Origin: Microthyrium microscopicum
Lineage: Eukaryota
Direction of reading: 5' to 3'
Assembly (NCBI GenBank): GCA_010405405.1
Contig: MU004234.1
Coordinates: forward strand, 1,763,275 to 1,827,274
DNA length: 64,000 bases
Shown: piece by piece, positions 47,386 through 62,037 of the stretch
Numbering within the stretch: the stretch's first letter is position 1
Layout: each line of letters begins with the position of its first letter
Translations under genes and position numbers: made by a program
The notes under the pieces: model-generated
Told to the model about the DNA's origin: nothing
Seen by the model: the letters and a program-made list of their open reading frames with translations, nothing else
Databases searched by the model: none

Positions 47386-49063
47386 CATTTGCTATATGCA
47401 GAATTATTTTCGGAGGGCGCTTGGGCCTCGAATTCTCGCGCAGCACCCTTCACATCTTTAATATTTAATAAATAACTAAATACTATAATTTCTTACTAAC
47501 TATGTATCTATTTATTCTCTACTATAGATAGTCTTATTAAGCATCTTATTCTATATTATTTAATATATGCAAAATATTATCCTATACTAAAACTAAGTTA
47601 CTAAAACAAGACTTATTAGAATTACTAGATCTATAGCCTAATTAGCTCAACTAGAGTGTTTTCCTCCTAAAATTATAACTACTAAGTATAGCTTCTTATA
47701 AATCTATTACTTATTATATAGACCCTTATATCTAGGCTATAAGACAAACTTAGACTTAGGTATATTAGCCTAGTAGAAACCCTATTAGCCTAATTAAGTA
47801 TATACGCGCTAAAGCGTATCTTAAATATAGATAAACTATTTTATAGGTTACTAAATAAATTTACTATAGTCTAAAAACTATTAAGTACTAGAAATATAAT
47901 CTAGATATATATAGATTAATATAAAAGCTATAAGATAAGTTATATAGAGTACTACCTTAACTAACTATTAAAAATAAAGACGCTATATTATAATATTTAC
48001 TCTTATTTAATTAGCTCTTATAGAACAAAATAGTTTACTAGTTAGAAAAAGAGCGTAGAATTAATATAAATTAAAGTATAATATCTTATTTGCTAAAGAA
48101 AAGAGCTTAGAATAAGAAAGCCCTTATAAGAGTTTTAAATATATATAGTAAAGAACTATAAGTATTATATCTTTAAGATATAGTATAGTTTAATAATAAA
48201 GATTTAGTCTTCCTTAATAAGTTTATCTTTAAAGAATAAATAGGCTAAAAATATAGTACTTATATTCTAATTAGATTACCTTCTTGTTAAACTTAGAGTC
48301 TTAGATATAGAAAGACATAGGCTATTCTTATAACTATTACGCTATAGGGTTATCTTCCTTATACTAGTATATAAGAGAGTTATTATAAAGTAAAGAACTT
48401 CTACGATTAGATTAAAAACTAGCTTATTCTAGTACTATATAATTACTTTAAAACTTAAATACTAGTAGTAATCCTTAATAACGTATCTATCTATATAGAT
48501 TCTAATATTAAGTAATTATTAAAAGTAGCAAATTACGTAGTTTAATATCTATTACTATATTCTCTAAATTTTAATCCTATAGAACTAACGTTTAGTATCT
48601 TAAAGGCTTAGATTTAACGATATTAAATTACAAAGTAGCGAAGTGCTACATCTTTTAAGGACTTCTTAGAGCATGCTTTAGCTTATAGTAAATGTAATTG
48701 TTTTGTAATAGCTTAGTTTAGACATACTACAAATAGTATATATTATAAAAAAACTAATATATATACGTTCTTTACCTTTCTTATAGAGTATAAGCGATTA
48801 GCTGCTATAGAACTTTATTAGTAAAGTAAATAGCTATTATAGTATTAGACTAAAGTATCTTAAGCGTCTTAATTATTTATATATATATTATATATCTATA
48901 AGATCTAAATACTAAATTAAGTTATTATAGATTAAATTTTAGGTATATATAGAAACTAATAATAAGACTACTATTTACTAAATAGTATCCCTCTATCCTC
49001 CTATCCTTACTAACTATTCTATACTAGCTAGTAGTCCTTATCTATATATGCATATAGCAAATA
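47386..49063 (+). mobile_element. Tc1/IS630-like DNA transposon (about 1.7 kb), RIPed, with a DD34E transposase remnant at 47688-about 48820
   Basis: Reversing RIP gives LVFLDES...GYLPCTG...VVILDNASIH-(34 aa D to E)-YLPPYSPDFNPIELTFGILKAWI. Short inverted repeat ATTTGCTATATGCA (47387-47400) / TGCATATAGCAAAT (49049-49062). The TA TSD is clear only on the right. Confidence 0.8.
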
Positions 49064-50355
49064 TAAATAAAGACTACTAACTAGTACTTTCTAGGCGCTA
49101 TCTAATTTTATTTAAAAACGAGTTAAGATTCTATTATATATTGCTATTTATATAGTAGCTTTTAACTACTATACTAAAGTCCTAATAGAACTCTTTATCG
49201 TCTTAAATATAAGACTAGCAAGCTAAGGCCTTTACTCCTATATACTTTAACGATATATAGAGAATATAAGAATAAAGATATAGAAGTTAGAGTCCTATAT
49301 AGAGAATAGTATTTTTTAATATAGTAGAGACGTACACTAGTAAGGAGAGAATTCTAAGAATCTTATTACTACTTTTAGATAGTAGCAATCTAGTAGTAGT
49401 AGAGTCCTAGCTCTTTTAGTATTCCTTTTAGAATAGCAAGCTAGTAAAGCCTAACCTCTTATAATATTCCTTTAGAATAACGAACTAGCAGAGTCCTAGT
49501 AAATAAACTAAATAGATAGAGAAAATACATGCTAAATAGTAACTTAACCTAAATAAACTAAAGAAATTAAGGAAATATATACTAAATAGTAGCTTAACCT
49601 ATAATTTATAGAGATAATATAGAGATAGCACCCTATAAGGAATAAAGTTCTATAGCTCTAAGTCTTAAAGCTAAATTAAAGTTAATCTAGTAAGCTATAA
49701 GGTATAGAGTCCTAACTTCTTTAATAATATTATTAAGAAAATACACGCTAAAGGGTAGCTTAACCTAAATAAACTAGAGAAATTAAGGAAATATATACTA
49801 AAGAGCGGCTTAACCTATAGTTTATAGGTATAATATAGAGGTAGACTACTAAGAGAGTTAAAATCCTATTTAGATCCTAGTCGTTAATAAATTATAGTAG
49901 ATTGCTAAAGCTAGTAATATAATATTATAAAAAGAGACTTATTAATAGTATAGATACTAAAGAATAAGTTATCCTAAATAAAAAGATAATAGAATAGGAA
50001 TAGTAAACTAGTGCTAACCTAAGTAATAAAGTAATATATTAGTAAAGATAAGTATTAAATAAGAAAGATAAAGAAGTACTAGAGAATAGTAAGTAAAGAA
50101 TAAATTTTATACTCTTTTTATACTAAGCAATACTAAATTAGGATATATTTATTATAACTAGCCTCTATATCTATATTATATATTAAAAAGTAATTTATTA
50201 GTAATAGTAAAGCACTAGTATCTAAGAATAGACTTATATAACCTTAGTATTAAGACTAGAGTAAAGAACTTACTAATAGAAAGATAAATAGTAAAAGTAT
50301 ACTACTTAGTATTAAAGAAGAAAATAGTAAATACCTAATTTACTATAGCTAAAGT

Positions 50356-50365
50356 NNNNNNNNNN
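50356..50365. other. Assembly gap (10 N)
   Basis: Run of 10 N, with a 312-bp near-duplicate on either side (50044-50355 vs 50459-50770). Confidence 0.99.
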
Positions 50366-50458
50366 ACGTGCGATCCCACGGAGTGTCCGAGCTTGGACAC
50401 TACGGTACTTTTTGCATTAGTTGAGCCGTTTAGGTAGGGATCGCCCTGCGGCGTCACA
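50366..50458. mobile_element. Un-RIPed LTR-like terminus (...GCGTCACA) abutting the gap
   Basis: 93 bp of normal GC content with CpA/TpG intact inside fully RIPed DNA. It ends in CGTCACA, typical of an LTR end. Confidence 0.55.
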
Positions 50459-53400
50459 AAAGATAAGTATTAAATAAGGAAGATAGAGAAGTACTAAAGA
50501 ATAGTAAGTAAAGAATAGATTTTATATTCCTTTTATACTAAGTAATACTAGATTAGGATATATTTATTATAACTAGCCTCTATATCTATACTATATACTA
50601 ATAAGTAATTTATTAGTAGTAATAAAGTACTAATATCTAAGAATAGATTTATATAATCTTAATATTAAGACTAGAGTAAAGAACTTACTAATAGGAAGAT
50701 AAATAGTAAGAGTATACTACTTAGTATTAAAGAAGAGAATAGTAAATACCTAATTTACTATAGCTAAAGTTATATAGTATTTAGGTATTAAGGAAGAGAG
50801 GTTAAGAACTACTAATAATATTATATAAAGCTAGTATCTATACTAGCCTTAATATTAATAATATAATTTATTAATAATATAAGATAATATTACTAAGAAT
50901 ATAGATACTAAGAAGAGAACTATTAGCTACTTATAATATATAGTATTATTATATATATTAAATTAATAAGATATACTATACTAAGAGATAAAGTTACTAT
51001 ATAATTATAAATATAAAGTAAGTATAGCATATTAAGAATAGTTAGTAATAAGATTACATTTAGAAATAAAGTTTAATAATCGTAAAGCTTTAAATAATAG
51101 TAAAATATATAGGTAATTATAATATAAATAATAAGAGATAATTATTAGCTATCTATAAATATATCTTTATAAAGTTATAGCCTTAGTAGTTAAAGATATT
51201 AATATACTATATTAATCTAGATAATATATATTATAAGTATTTTTAAAGAAGATATTTAGCCCTTACTAAAATTTAAGAGTAGTATACTACTCTTTAGTTA
51301 TAATCAATATACTAATTTTTTATATATTTCTATTTAGCTTTACTATATATTAACTATGATATATATCTTATTTATATTTACTATCTATAGTTTATATAAA
51401 TACTCTAAATAACCCTATCTTTATCTTATTAAATAATATAAAATATTAAGTAAATAATAGCTTAGTATTAAACCTACTAAAAAATTAGGCTATATTATCT
51501 TACTATTTACTTTCTTAATATTATAAGACTTTATAATTTTACTATAAAACTATAAAATCTAAGAGACTATACTAAGTACTACCTTCTAGCTAATATTATA
51601 TATACTAGTATATAAATCCTAATTATATTACTACTTATCTATTATAATTAACCTAATAAGTTAATCTCTACTAATCTATTACTACTAATAATTACTATTA
51701 CTTACTAATTACTCTTATTAGTATATCTAAATATAATATTAATTCTTTCCTACTATAATTATAGTACATTATAATATTATATCTTTAAATCTTTATATTA
51801 TTAGCTATACTAGCAACTTTACTTTATCTATTTATTACGATCTATAATATCTTCTTTATTACTATCTTAACTATTATAGTTACCTTAATCTTATAGGCCT
51901 TACTACTATAATTAGGTATTAGGTTATACTAAAGGTACTAATATAGAGAATTTAATACTTTAGCCTACGTCTAATTATAAATAATAGTAATCCTTTAGTA
52001 GTAAGTTCTCTCTATTATATTCCTATTATAACTTTCTAAAACGTAGTAAGTAATAGTATTTATATGTTTTAATACTTATAAAGTCTTATCTATTCTTAGT
52101 TTTCTCTATTACTTTTATAAACTACTTTATATATAATATTTATTAAGAACTCTTTTATAATACTTTATATTTTACTTCTATACCCTTCTATATTATTAAC
52201 TACCCTAATACTTACTCTACTTACTCTATTTACTTTTTATAACCTTAAATTATCTTATTATAATTAATTTATAAGTTCTTAATCCTTAGTACGATTCTTT
52301 AAGTTTCTAAGCTTAACGCTACTAGTTAGCTCTTAATATAATCTTTAGCTTTAAAAGCTATAGTAACATCTCTAATACTAGTAATAGCTTAACTAGTATT
52401 TGCCCTCCTATCTTATACCTTAGTAGTGCTATTAGTAGTACTATAGGATTCTATTACTATAAGCCTAATAACTTATATATTATAATAATTAATCCTTCTA
52501 ATTCTATTATCTATTACTTACTTTATTAAATTATAATAAACTCTAACGTAAGTTAATATTTCTATTATCTTTATATATTACTAAGTTATAAATAGGATCT
52601 ATAGATTATTATTAGTATAGACTACCCTCTAGTTAATATATAGATTTAAGACCTACTACTAATTAATATTAGATACGCTATATATAAAATAATAATTACC
52701 TATAGCACCTAATTCTCTAAAGAGACGCTACTTAACTAGAACTCTTTTACTTCTCTAAATATATAAGAATTCTCTACTATAGTACTCTTCCTTTACTATA
52801 TTACTTAATTATATTATTATAGTACTTAGTACTTAGATTATCTTCCTATAAATAGTACTTAACTTTATCTAACGACTTATACTTATAATTATAACTAGCT
52901 AGATCTATATAGATATATAAGCTATCCTAACTACTAAAAAAGATTATACTCTAATTATATTCTTTATAGTTAACTTATAACCTACTTTCTTTATAATACT
53001 AATACTAATCCTTAAGTCCTTCTACCTCTTACTTTAGTATAATACCTACGTCTTATCCTCTTCTCTATAACTCTTTATAACCTTTATTAACTTCTATAAT
53101 ATAACTAAGCGTTCTAGGGCTTAAATATAAGAATCTAATGTTATTTAACCTTCTTACTTTATATAGAAGACTTCTTACTAGTAGTTTTAATTATTAAATA
53201 GTAGTAATAAGATTATAGTATTATTTAACATTTCTGCTTTATAAGAATAGTATCTTACGAATAGTTTCAGAATAAGGAACAATAGCAATAGAAATAGACT
53301 AGATATTAGTAGTTAATTATTTCTAAAATTATTATTTACTTAGTTTTATAGTTATAGACGAGATATTTAGGGGTCGTTTTTAATTACGACTAATACTAAA

Positions 53401-54085
53401 CTACTAATACTATAATAACTAATTTAATTTTCTAAATCTTTTCTACGCTAGTTAAAAGCGTTATTCTTAATAAGTAATAAAAGAAATAATCGTAAAATAT
53501 ATTATAAATACAAAATAATAGAGGCAAAGCAAAAGATAGGAAAATATATAATAATAGACATAACTTTAGTAAAATTCTAGTAAATTAATTACTTATAAAT
53601 TAATAAAGATAGGCTAGAGTTAGTAAAACTATAAATTATAACTACTAATGCTAATATACTAACTAATACTTACCTTTATTGTCTACTATGCTATTATATC
53701 CTTATAATCGCTAACTTAGCCTTAACGCTATTTATATTAATATAAAGATTAGCTATACCTCCTTTAGGGCGACCTTACTTAATCTATCTAACCTACTTTT
53801 TTATCTAGGCGTAAATTCTAATTAAGATTAAATTAATAACGTTATAATCCCTTACTAGATAATATATATAATTATTATTAATATAAGTACTAAACTTTAG
53901 GTTTAGTAAAGAAATATTTTCTTTATTAACTATATACTATAGCTATATAAAAGACTTACTAGCTATGTCTCTAGTTAGTATTATATACTAGACTATAAAG
54001 GTAAAGAAATCTTATTTATAATTTAGTATAAATATAGTATTAAACGTTATATTATTTATAGCTAGTAGGTCTAAAGGTAGCTCCT

Positions 54086-54307
54086 TGTAAGGAATCCTTA
54101 CAGGTTTGGTGTTATAGTATTTAGATATAGAGATCTAATCTTATAAATAAGATCTCTTTATCTCATTTAGGGTTAGTATATCTAAGGATTCTTTAGGCCC
54201 TATATCTTTATATCTATAGCTACATTCCTAGATCTCTTTTCTCTATACTTAGATCCTATAATACTAGCTATTTTCTACTTACTTATTACGCTTATTAGCT
54301 CCTTATA
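54086..54307 (+). repeat. 5' LTR (222 bp)
   Basis: TGTAAGGAATCCTTACAGG...ATTAGCTCCTTATA, a direct repeat of 61576-61797. Confidence 0.93.
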
Positions 54308-57300
54308 TAATTTAAGTACTTCTATATTAAATTTTACGCTTTACGCATATTTTGCGTATTATTAATAAATACGTAGAGGCGTTTAATAATTCTTATTAGA
54401 TTACTATAGTTATACTATAGATTTAACTAATTAGCATTTAGCAACACTATCCTTAATTAGGATTAGCGTTACTAAAGGTACTAGCAAATTTATAAATACT
54501 AACTAGAGCAATATAAATTTAGCATTATTTATTAGAATAAAGACTACTTAGAGGCCTAAGCTTTGCTCTATAATATTCTTCTTAAATCTATAGAAGCATT
54601 TATATTATTTCCTCTCTACTAACTATAAAATATATTTACCTTGTTCCTTATTAATTTATATTTATTAAATCTATTAAATTAGTTCTAATTTATTAAGAAA
54701 TACTATATTATTTAGTTACGTATTACTATAAGTAAGGTACTACTTATTCCTAATCTTAAACTAGTATTAAGTAACTCTTATATTGCCTATAAGCGTAATA
54801 GCGTTAATATTTAAAGCTATTTAGTTTTACCCTACCGTAGCAAAGATAGCTACTTTGCTAAGAAGCTAGTCGTTCTAAATATAGGAACTAATTAATAGTC
54901 TACTATTACATTAACGCTATAGTAAGAAAGTATCTTAATAATTAAATCTATTAAAAAGTTACCTCTATTACCTAAAGTAGCTTTAGATAATAAAGATAAA
55001 GAATTCCTTTATTAAAATACTTAAGTTAATATTAACATTTAATAACCTTATAAAATCATTACTAGACTATTAACTATAGTACTTATTACACTAGTAAGCA
55101 TAATAAAAGAGCTAAGATTAAAAGGTAAAGAAGTATTAACCTCTAGTACCATTATTAGTAATTTATTAGACAAAGATATATTAAAAGTAAGATTACCTAT
55201 TAATATTTACTATTAATTAGAATTACTAGTACGCAAAAAAGAACCTTATAACGTTCTTATATTATTTTTACCCTATCTACTCCTAGAACTAGTAGACCTT
55301 AATAGTAAAGTTATATTACTCACTAGTATAAAGCCTTTATTTATATAAGCCTTATATAGAGTTAGACTAGAGGTAAAAAAATAGATATTAATAGTTCTTT
55401 AGAATAATCCTAATAATTCTACTACTCTTTAGAAATATTATATATTAATATCTAATAGTAAGTATCTAAACTAATATATTAAGTTTATAGAAAAAGATTA
55501 ATTCTTTAAATAACTATATACTACGTTAATAATTAATTAAACTATAGTATTATATTACTAGTCTACTTAAAAACTTTAAAATTAGCTAGTAGAAGAACTT
55601 ATAGACGCTAATATAAAAGTAGGTTAACTAAGTAAATTAGTAAAAGTACTACAAAAAGAAGTAGCTACCTATTAGTAAATAATAATAGATCTTAAAGCAC
55701 TTACTAGCTAAATTTATTATAACTATAAGTTAGTACTAACTACTACTTATTTAAATAAATAAGTAGCTTTTACTAAATTAGTAAAGAAGCGCAATACTAA
55801 TCTACAATATTATAAGCTAGTTATTAACCTTTACTATTAGGTCTAAGAACTTAAGGATAGACTTTAAATAAATTTAAACTAAGCTTATATTAACCTAGAT
55901 AATTTAGAAAATAATATCTTCTTAGATTATTCTATACTATAAGTAACATATCTAGTAGTTTTATACTTATAGCTTTAAGCCTAAGGAATACACTATATCT
56001 TATTATTATTAGTAGCTAATAATACCTCTTTAGTAATACTTACAAAGTTTAAAGAACCTAGTAATTTTAAAAGTAAACCTACATACTATAAATAATAGAA
56101 GGAAAAAATATTAGATATACTTCTTAATAAGAATATATATTTATACGTCTCTACTAAAAAGAAAAAGATTAAGTTTATCTATATTTATTATATTAGCCCT
56201 ACTTATAGTATTATAGTTATATAGAAAAGTTATAAGTTAAAAGACCTTTATAGTACTATAAAAGAAATATAGATAGATCTAGATAGTTATTACTACTCTA
56301 AGAACGCTTTTAAAGATACTAAGGCATAGTTAAAGTTCTTAGATACTAAGATAAAAGATATAAAAGGTCTTTAAGCCTTTATTAACTACTTCTTAATAAA
56401 TTTAATAGATATAAAACTATCTAAGTATAAGAAGATTATTAAATTACAAAATCTTATTAACTATAAGTTTACAAATCTACTAGTAAGCTAATATTTTAGT
56501 AGTTTTATTATATTTTACGCTTAACTTTACCTAATTACATACTAAATTAATTATAAGCCTACTACTATAAATAATACCTCTTATAGCTATAATAATAATT
56601 AGTCTACTAATAAAGAAGCCTAAAATAATAAAACTAGTAACGTTAACTATCCTATAAACGTCTTTAATGCTTTAAAAATAGATAAACGTTATATCTATTA
56701 TAAGTAAAAGAGTTACTACTACTTTAATAAGACTACGCTATATAAAGATTAGGAACCCTTATTTAATAATAAGATTAAAACCTTAATTATACTTTTAGTA
56801 ATAATATTTATAAAAGTTTAAAAAGAATAGTAACCCTTTATAGAAAATATTACTAAGAATAATAATTATTAGTCTTTAAACTAGATACTTTTTTACTAAG
56901 CTATAAGAAAGAGCTAAATAAGATTAAAATATATAATAAAAGAAAGAAACATACCTTTAATACTAATACTAAGCGTATAAAGAAGATATTTTATTAATAT
57001 AATAAAGAGTAGTACTAAAATACTAAGAAAGCTAAAGAAACATTCTATTAGGCTAAAGAAGACTATAAAAATATTAAAGAGAAAATATAAGAAAAGACTA
57101 AGAAAATACTTAGCTACCTTTACTAGCATATTTAGTACCTTAAGTATAAAAATACTATTTATAAGAGATAAGTTTTACTAGTATACTTATACGCTATCTA
57201 TATTTTACTAGCCTTTATTATACTAATAGTATAGCTTTAAAATATTAAAAAAAAAGATTCTATTATTAGATTATAATAAACTATTATTAACTTAGTATTT

Positions 57301-60300
57301 ATACTATAGTATTTAACCTACTTTAATGCTAATATTTTAATTAATACTAGTAGTAACGTAATAAGAATTATTAACTCTTATTATCTTTAGTAATATAATA
57401 TTCCTACTTTTTAACTTATACATCTACGCTTAGTAATACTTATTAATAGCAAGTTAGTATCTATAATTAATAAAGCTACTATCCTTAACCTACGTATTAA
57501 ATACTACGTTAAGTAGATTAGCTATTTTGTTATAAAAGTAGCTTCTTATAATCTAATCTTAGAAGCACTCTAGCTAGATTAATATAAAGTTAACTTATAT
57601 AAAAGTTTAAGAATATTAACCTTCTATAGTATAAGATATATTATAAATTATATTATATTACGACGCCTAATTACTATAGACCTAAAAAAACAATTTATAA
57701 ACTTAGAATTACTTAAAGAATTAGATATTACTTTTATATCTATAGTAGCATTTAAGAAACTAATAAAGCGTAAAGACGTTATAGTTAATATATTCTAGCC
57801 TAAAGATTTTAATAACAAAAAAGAAAAGAAACCTCCTAATAGTAATAAAAATAATAATAATAAATTTACTATAAACCTTATTATATATACTATATTAGAG
57901 AAAGACTATCTTAAATAGTAAGATAAGTAAGATTACTCTTACTTATTAAGAGAGAAGATCTTAAAACTTATCTTAAAACGTTTTTACTAACATTTTAAAG
58001 TCTTTAATCTAAAGCGTTTAAATATTTTTATATCTTACTATAATAAATATAATTACGCTATTAATCTTATTCCTAACGCTAAAATTTTAAAACGTTAATT
58101 TATATTAATATTACTAAAATAAGCCTTAGTTATTAAATAATATATTAAGAGTTTACTCTAGCGTAATTTTGCTATAGGTTTAAAATCTTAATATACTATA
58201 TTTATACTTTGCGTAAGTAAGCTAAGAGAAGGTATCTACGTCTATATTAATTATTATAGGTTAAATAATATTACTATTAAAAATAGTAATATTCTACTAC
58301 TTATTAGTAAGATACTTATACGCCTTATAAAGGTAAAGTATTACTTTAAGTTTAACGTTATTACTACCTTTAAACATATTTATATTAAACTTAGAAATAA
58401 ATATAAGATAGTATTCTTAATACGCTATAGCCTATTTAAGTTTAAAGTGCTACTTTTTAGCCTTATAAAAAGACTAGAGACATTCTAAGTATACATTAAT
58501 TATACGCTAATATAATTTTTAGACAATTTTATAACTATTTATTTAGATAATATTCTAGTATTTAGCAAGATACTAAAAGAATATAACGCCTACATATATT
58601 TAGTACTAGATATATTAGAACATATAAGCTTATTCTTTAATATTAAGAAGTTAGAGTTTACTATTTAAGAAGTAAAATACCTTAGTCTAATTATTACTAT
58701 AGAAGGCATTAAGATAGACTCTTTAAAGGTTAATATAGTAGTTAATTAAAAATAACTAAGCTATTTTAAAAATATTTAGGCATTTTTTAAATTTACTAAC
58801 TTCTACTAATAGTTTATCTTTAATTACTCTACTATAGTAGTACCCTTAATAAATCTTACTTAGAAAGATGCTTTAGCTATATTCCCTTAGAATCCTAATA
58901 GGCCTAAAGAACAAGCTTTTAAAAAGCTAAAAGTAGACTTTACTAGCATACTAATATTTTAATACTTTAACTATACTAAAAAAACTTAGATAGAAATAAA
59001 TACATTAGATTAGACTTACGCTATTATATTATTACAAAAAAATACAAATAGTAATCTAAGACTAGTTACCTTCCTCTTTAAAAAGATATTACTAGTAGAA
59101 TATAATTATAATATTTACAATAAGAAACTACTTACTATTATCTACGCTTTTAAAGAATAAAAGCCTAAATTATTTAGTACTAAAGATATTATAAAAGTAT
59201 TCTTAAATTATTAAAATCTTTAAATCTTTATAAAGATTAAGAAGCTTATACACTATCAAATACGCTAGGCTAAATTCTTATTATAGTTTTACTTCTTAAT
59301 TAAGTATCACTCTAGTAAAGATAATAGTAAAGTTAACACTTTAACCTAAAGATTATAGAATATATCCTAAAGTAATAAAGACCTATAGGTTAAGTAATAG
59401 CATTAACTACTCTTATTCCTATATTAATTTAGTACTAAACAAGCTATTAAACTAGCTATAATACTTATTAACCTTATTACTTTATCCTTTATATAGATAG
59501 CTATACTTACGTTAGATAAGCTAAATATTACTATAGTAAGAGAGTCTAATTTAGAACCTATTATAGAAAGCTTTTAGAATAGAGCTTTAGCTAGTTTAGA
59601 TAATTTACTACTAGTTAACACTAAATTTCTAAATTTTAATCTAAAGTAGTTTATATAAGAAGTAATAAAAGTAAGTAAGAGAAATAAGTTACTTATCACG
59701 ATTTAACTAGTAAAGGCATAGAAAGACTACTTTTTATTCTTTAGTATACTAGATTAGAATTAAATCAAATTAATAGATTATAAGGCTCTACTAAATAGTA
59801 CTATCCTTTATTAATAAAAGTTGTTTATACTAATAACGCATTTACGAAATAAAGTAATAAAATAAGCGTATTAATATAAAGTTATAAATTATAGAAGAAC
59901 TATAACAACCTACTACTACCTTTAATAAGATTATTAGTAGCTAAGAATATTAAAATACGTTAAAAAATATATTAAAGGTTATTACTATATTTTTACAAAA
60001 CTAATACGCTAAAAGAAGTAAGGGCTCTTTCATTCGTTCTTTTTGCTAGATTAGGCTTAGTCTAACATCTTTATAAACTTTGCTATTTTACTACTACGTT
60101 ATATATACTAAGATATAATTTACTAGTATATTATAATTATTATTAATTATTTAACGCAATTACAATAGTTTATTACCCTCTTAAGTCTTTTAATAAAAAT
60201 AATAGTTATAGTATTTATTAATTAAGTATAAAAGTTATATAGTTAGCTAGATTCTATCCTTTTAGATTAAGGAACTTAATTTATTTACCTTTTAGGGTCA

Positions 60301-61575
60301 CCTATATAAATATATAGGCGTTATATTAAGATTAAGCACTACCTAGCATCTAGAGTCTAATAACATTACTAAAATAACTATTACTACCTTAAAATAGTAT
60401 CTTAGATCCTTTATTAATTAGGATTAGGATAATTAGGTAGCTCTATTACTATTTACTAAATTTATAGTAAATTCTACTATAAGTGCTACTACTAATTTTA
60501 TACCTTTTAAGATATAAAACAGTTTTCTACTAAAATTAGAACTTAAGTCTACTTACTATTTATTATCTAAAGTATTATACGCTTCTATTATAGCGCGTAA
60601 AGAAGTCGTTGCTACTAATTAAGTATAAAATAGTTAAAAAAAGCTTTATAAATTCTTAAAGAAGTAATTAGTATAGGTTTAGGCTTAATAAAAGCTCTAT
60701 ACTAATAAGTATTAACGTCTAGTATTAGATCTCTATCCTAAGAACTAAATACGCCTTAACGTTTAAAATTATAATATAACTCATTCTTTAAAAATACTTA
60801 ACGATAAAAGCGCTAGTTCCTTTAAGATATTATATAAAATTAATAAAGTAACCTATAAATTAGATCTTCTTAAATTAATAAAGATATATCTAGTATTCTA
60901 CACTTAGCTACTATATCTAATTAATAATAATATATATCTATTATAGAAATTAAATCTGCCCTTAGTAGTTATTAGTAAAAAAGAAAGTAAAGAGGAATAG
61001 CTTATTAATACTATTATTAATAGTAAATAAAATAGTAGAAGTAAGAATAAGGTACTTAAATATAAAATTAAATAAATAAGATTTTATAATAAAACTTAAT
61101 AGCCCTAAAAAGATACTATTAACGTACCTAATACTATATTAGAATTCTATAGGCTTTATCCTTAGAAGCCTAGTTTATACCCTTCTTAGTCCTTGCTAGT
61201 AAATAAAATTAAAGAAGAAGATTATAATATTAATAAACTACTTATAAATTAGAATTATATAGCATAAAAAGTATTATATTTATTTATTTTTATTAAAGCA
61301 TTATACCCCTAGTTTAGTTTTTTAATTTACGCTACTAAAAAGATTATAGAATACTATAAACTAGCTTAAATAGACATCCTCTTCTTTATTAAATAGATTT
61401 AGATAGTACTAAGGTAAGTAGATAATATATTACTATATTTCTTAGTAGTAATATATATAAAGGAGTTTTATATTTATATAGACTAGCCTAGCTTAGCTTA
61501 GATTAACTTAGACTAGACTAAAATAAATTAGATTAGAATACAGCCTATAAGGTTTATTTTAGAGAGAAAGAGTTA

Positions 61576-61797
61576 TATAAGGAATCCTTACAAGTTTAGT
61601 ATTATAGTATTTAGATATAGAGATCTAATCTTATAGATAAGATCTCTTTATCCCGTTTAGGATTAGTATATCTAAAGATCTCTTAGGCCCTATATCTTTA
61701 TATCTATAGCTATATCCCTAGATCTCTTCTCTTCGTACTTAGATCCTACAATACTAGCTACTTTCTGCTCACCTGTCGCGCCCATTAGCTCCTTACA
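61576..61797 (+). repeat. 3' LTR (222 bp)
   Basis: TATAAGGAATCCTTACAAG...CCCATTAGCTCCTTACA followed by the TSD CTCCT. Confidence 0.93.
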
Positions 61798-61962
61798 CTC
61801 CTCTTATATAGTAAGACTAGCTCTATTCTCTACATTCTCTATATCTAAAGCTAGATTAACCTTTATAGCTAAATTATCTATATAGTAGGATATATATAGT
61901 AATTTATACTTACTTACTATATAAAAATAAGATCTCTCTATATCTTATCTAGCCCTTAAAAC

Positions 61963-62037
61963 TAGCCTATATTTAAGAAAAGCTCTTAAAGTAGGCCTAT
62001 ACTTAAGGAAAGCTCTTAGAGTAGGCCTATACTTAAG
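61963..62037. repeat. 30-bp tandem repeat (about 2.5 copies)
   Basis: TAGGCCTATACTTAAGGAAAGCTCTTAGAG-like units. Confidence 0.7.

Larger units (their letters stand above)
49064..53360. mobile_element. Unclassified RIP-degraded repeat(s) spanning a scaffold gap
   Basis: RIP composition, internal direct repeats (about 49526-49630 vs 49741-49845) and degenerate ORF-like frames on both strands. No diagnostic motif recognised. Confidence 0.5.
54086..61797 (+). mobile_element. Full-length RIPed Ty3/Gypsy chromovirus LTR retrotransposon (7,712 bp)
   Basis: LTRs at 54086-54307 and 61576-61797, TSD CTCCT (54081-54085 and 61798-61802), purine tract before the 3' LTR. Remnants in Gypsy order: gag Zn-knuckle about 56690, protease LINTS (LIDTG-like) about 57340, RT YLDNILVFS about 58540, RNase H about 58990-59140, integrase D*GT*F about 60265, chromodomain EE*LIN about 60990. 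Confidence 0.93.

Noticed and set aside
50366..50458. Self-cleaving ribozyme in the structured GC-rich fragment
   Set aside because: No hammerhead CUGANGA/GAAA core or convincing HDV-like pseudoknot on either strand, and the fragment is truncated by the gap.
56914..57129. 71-aa hydrophobic ORF
   Set aside because: Antisense artefact of RIPed Gypsy sequence.
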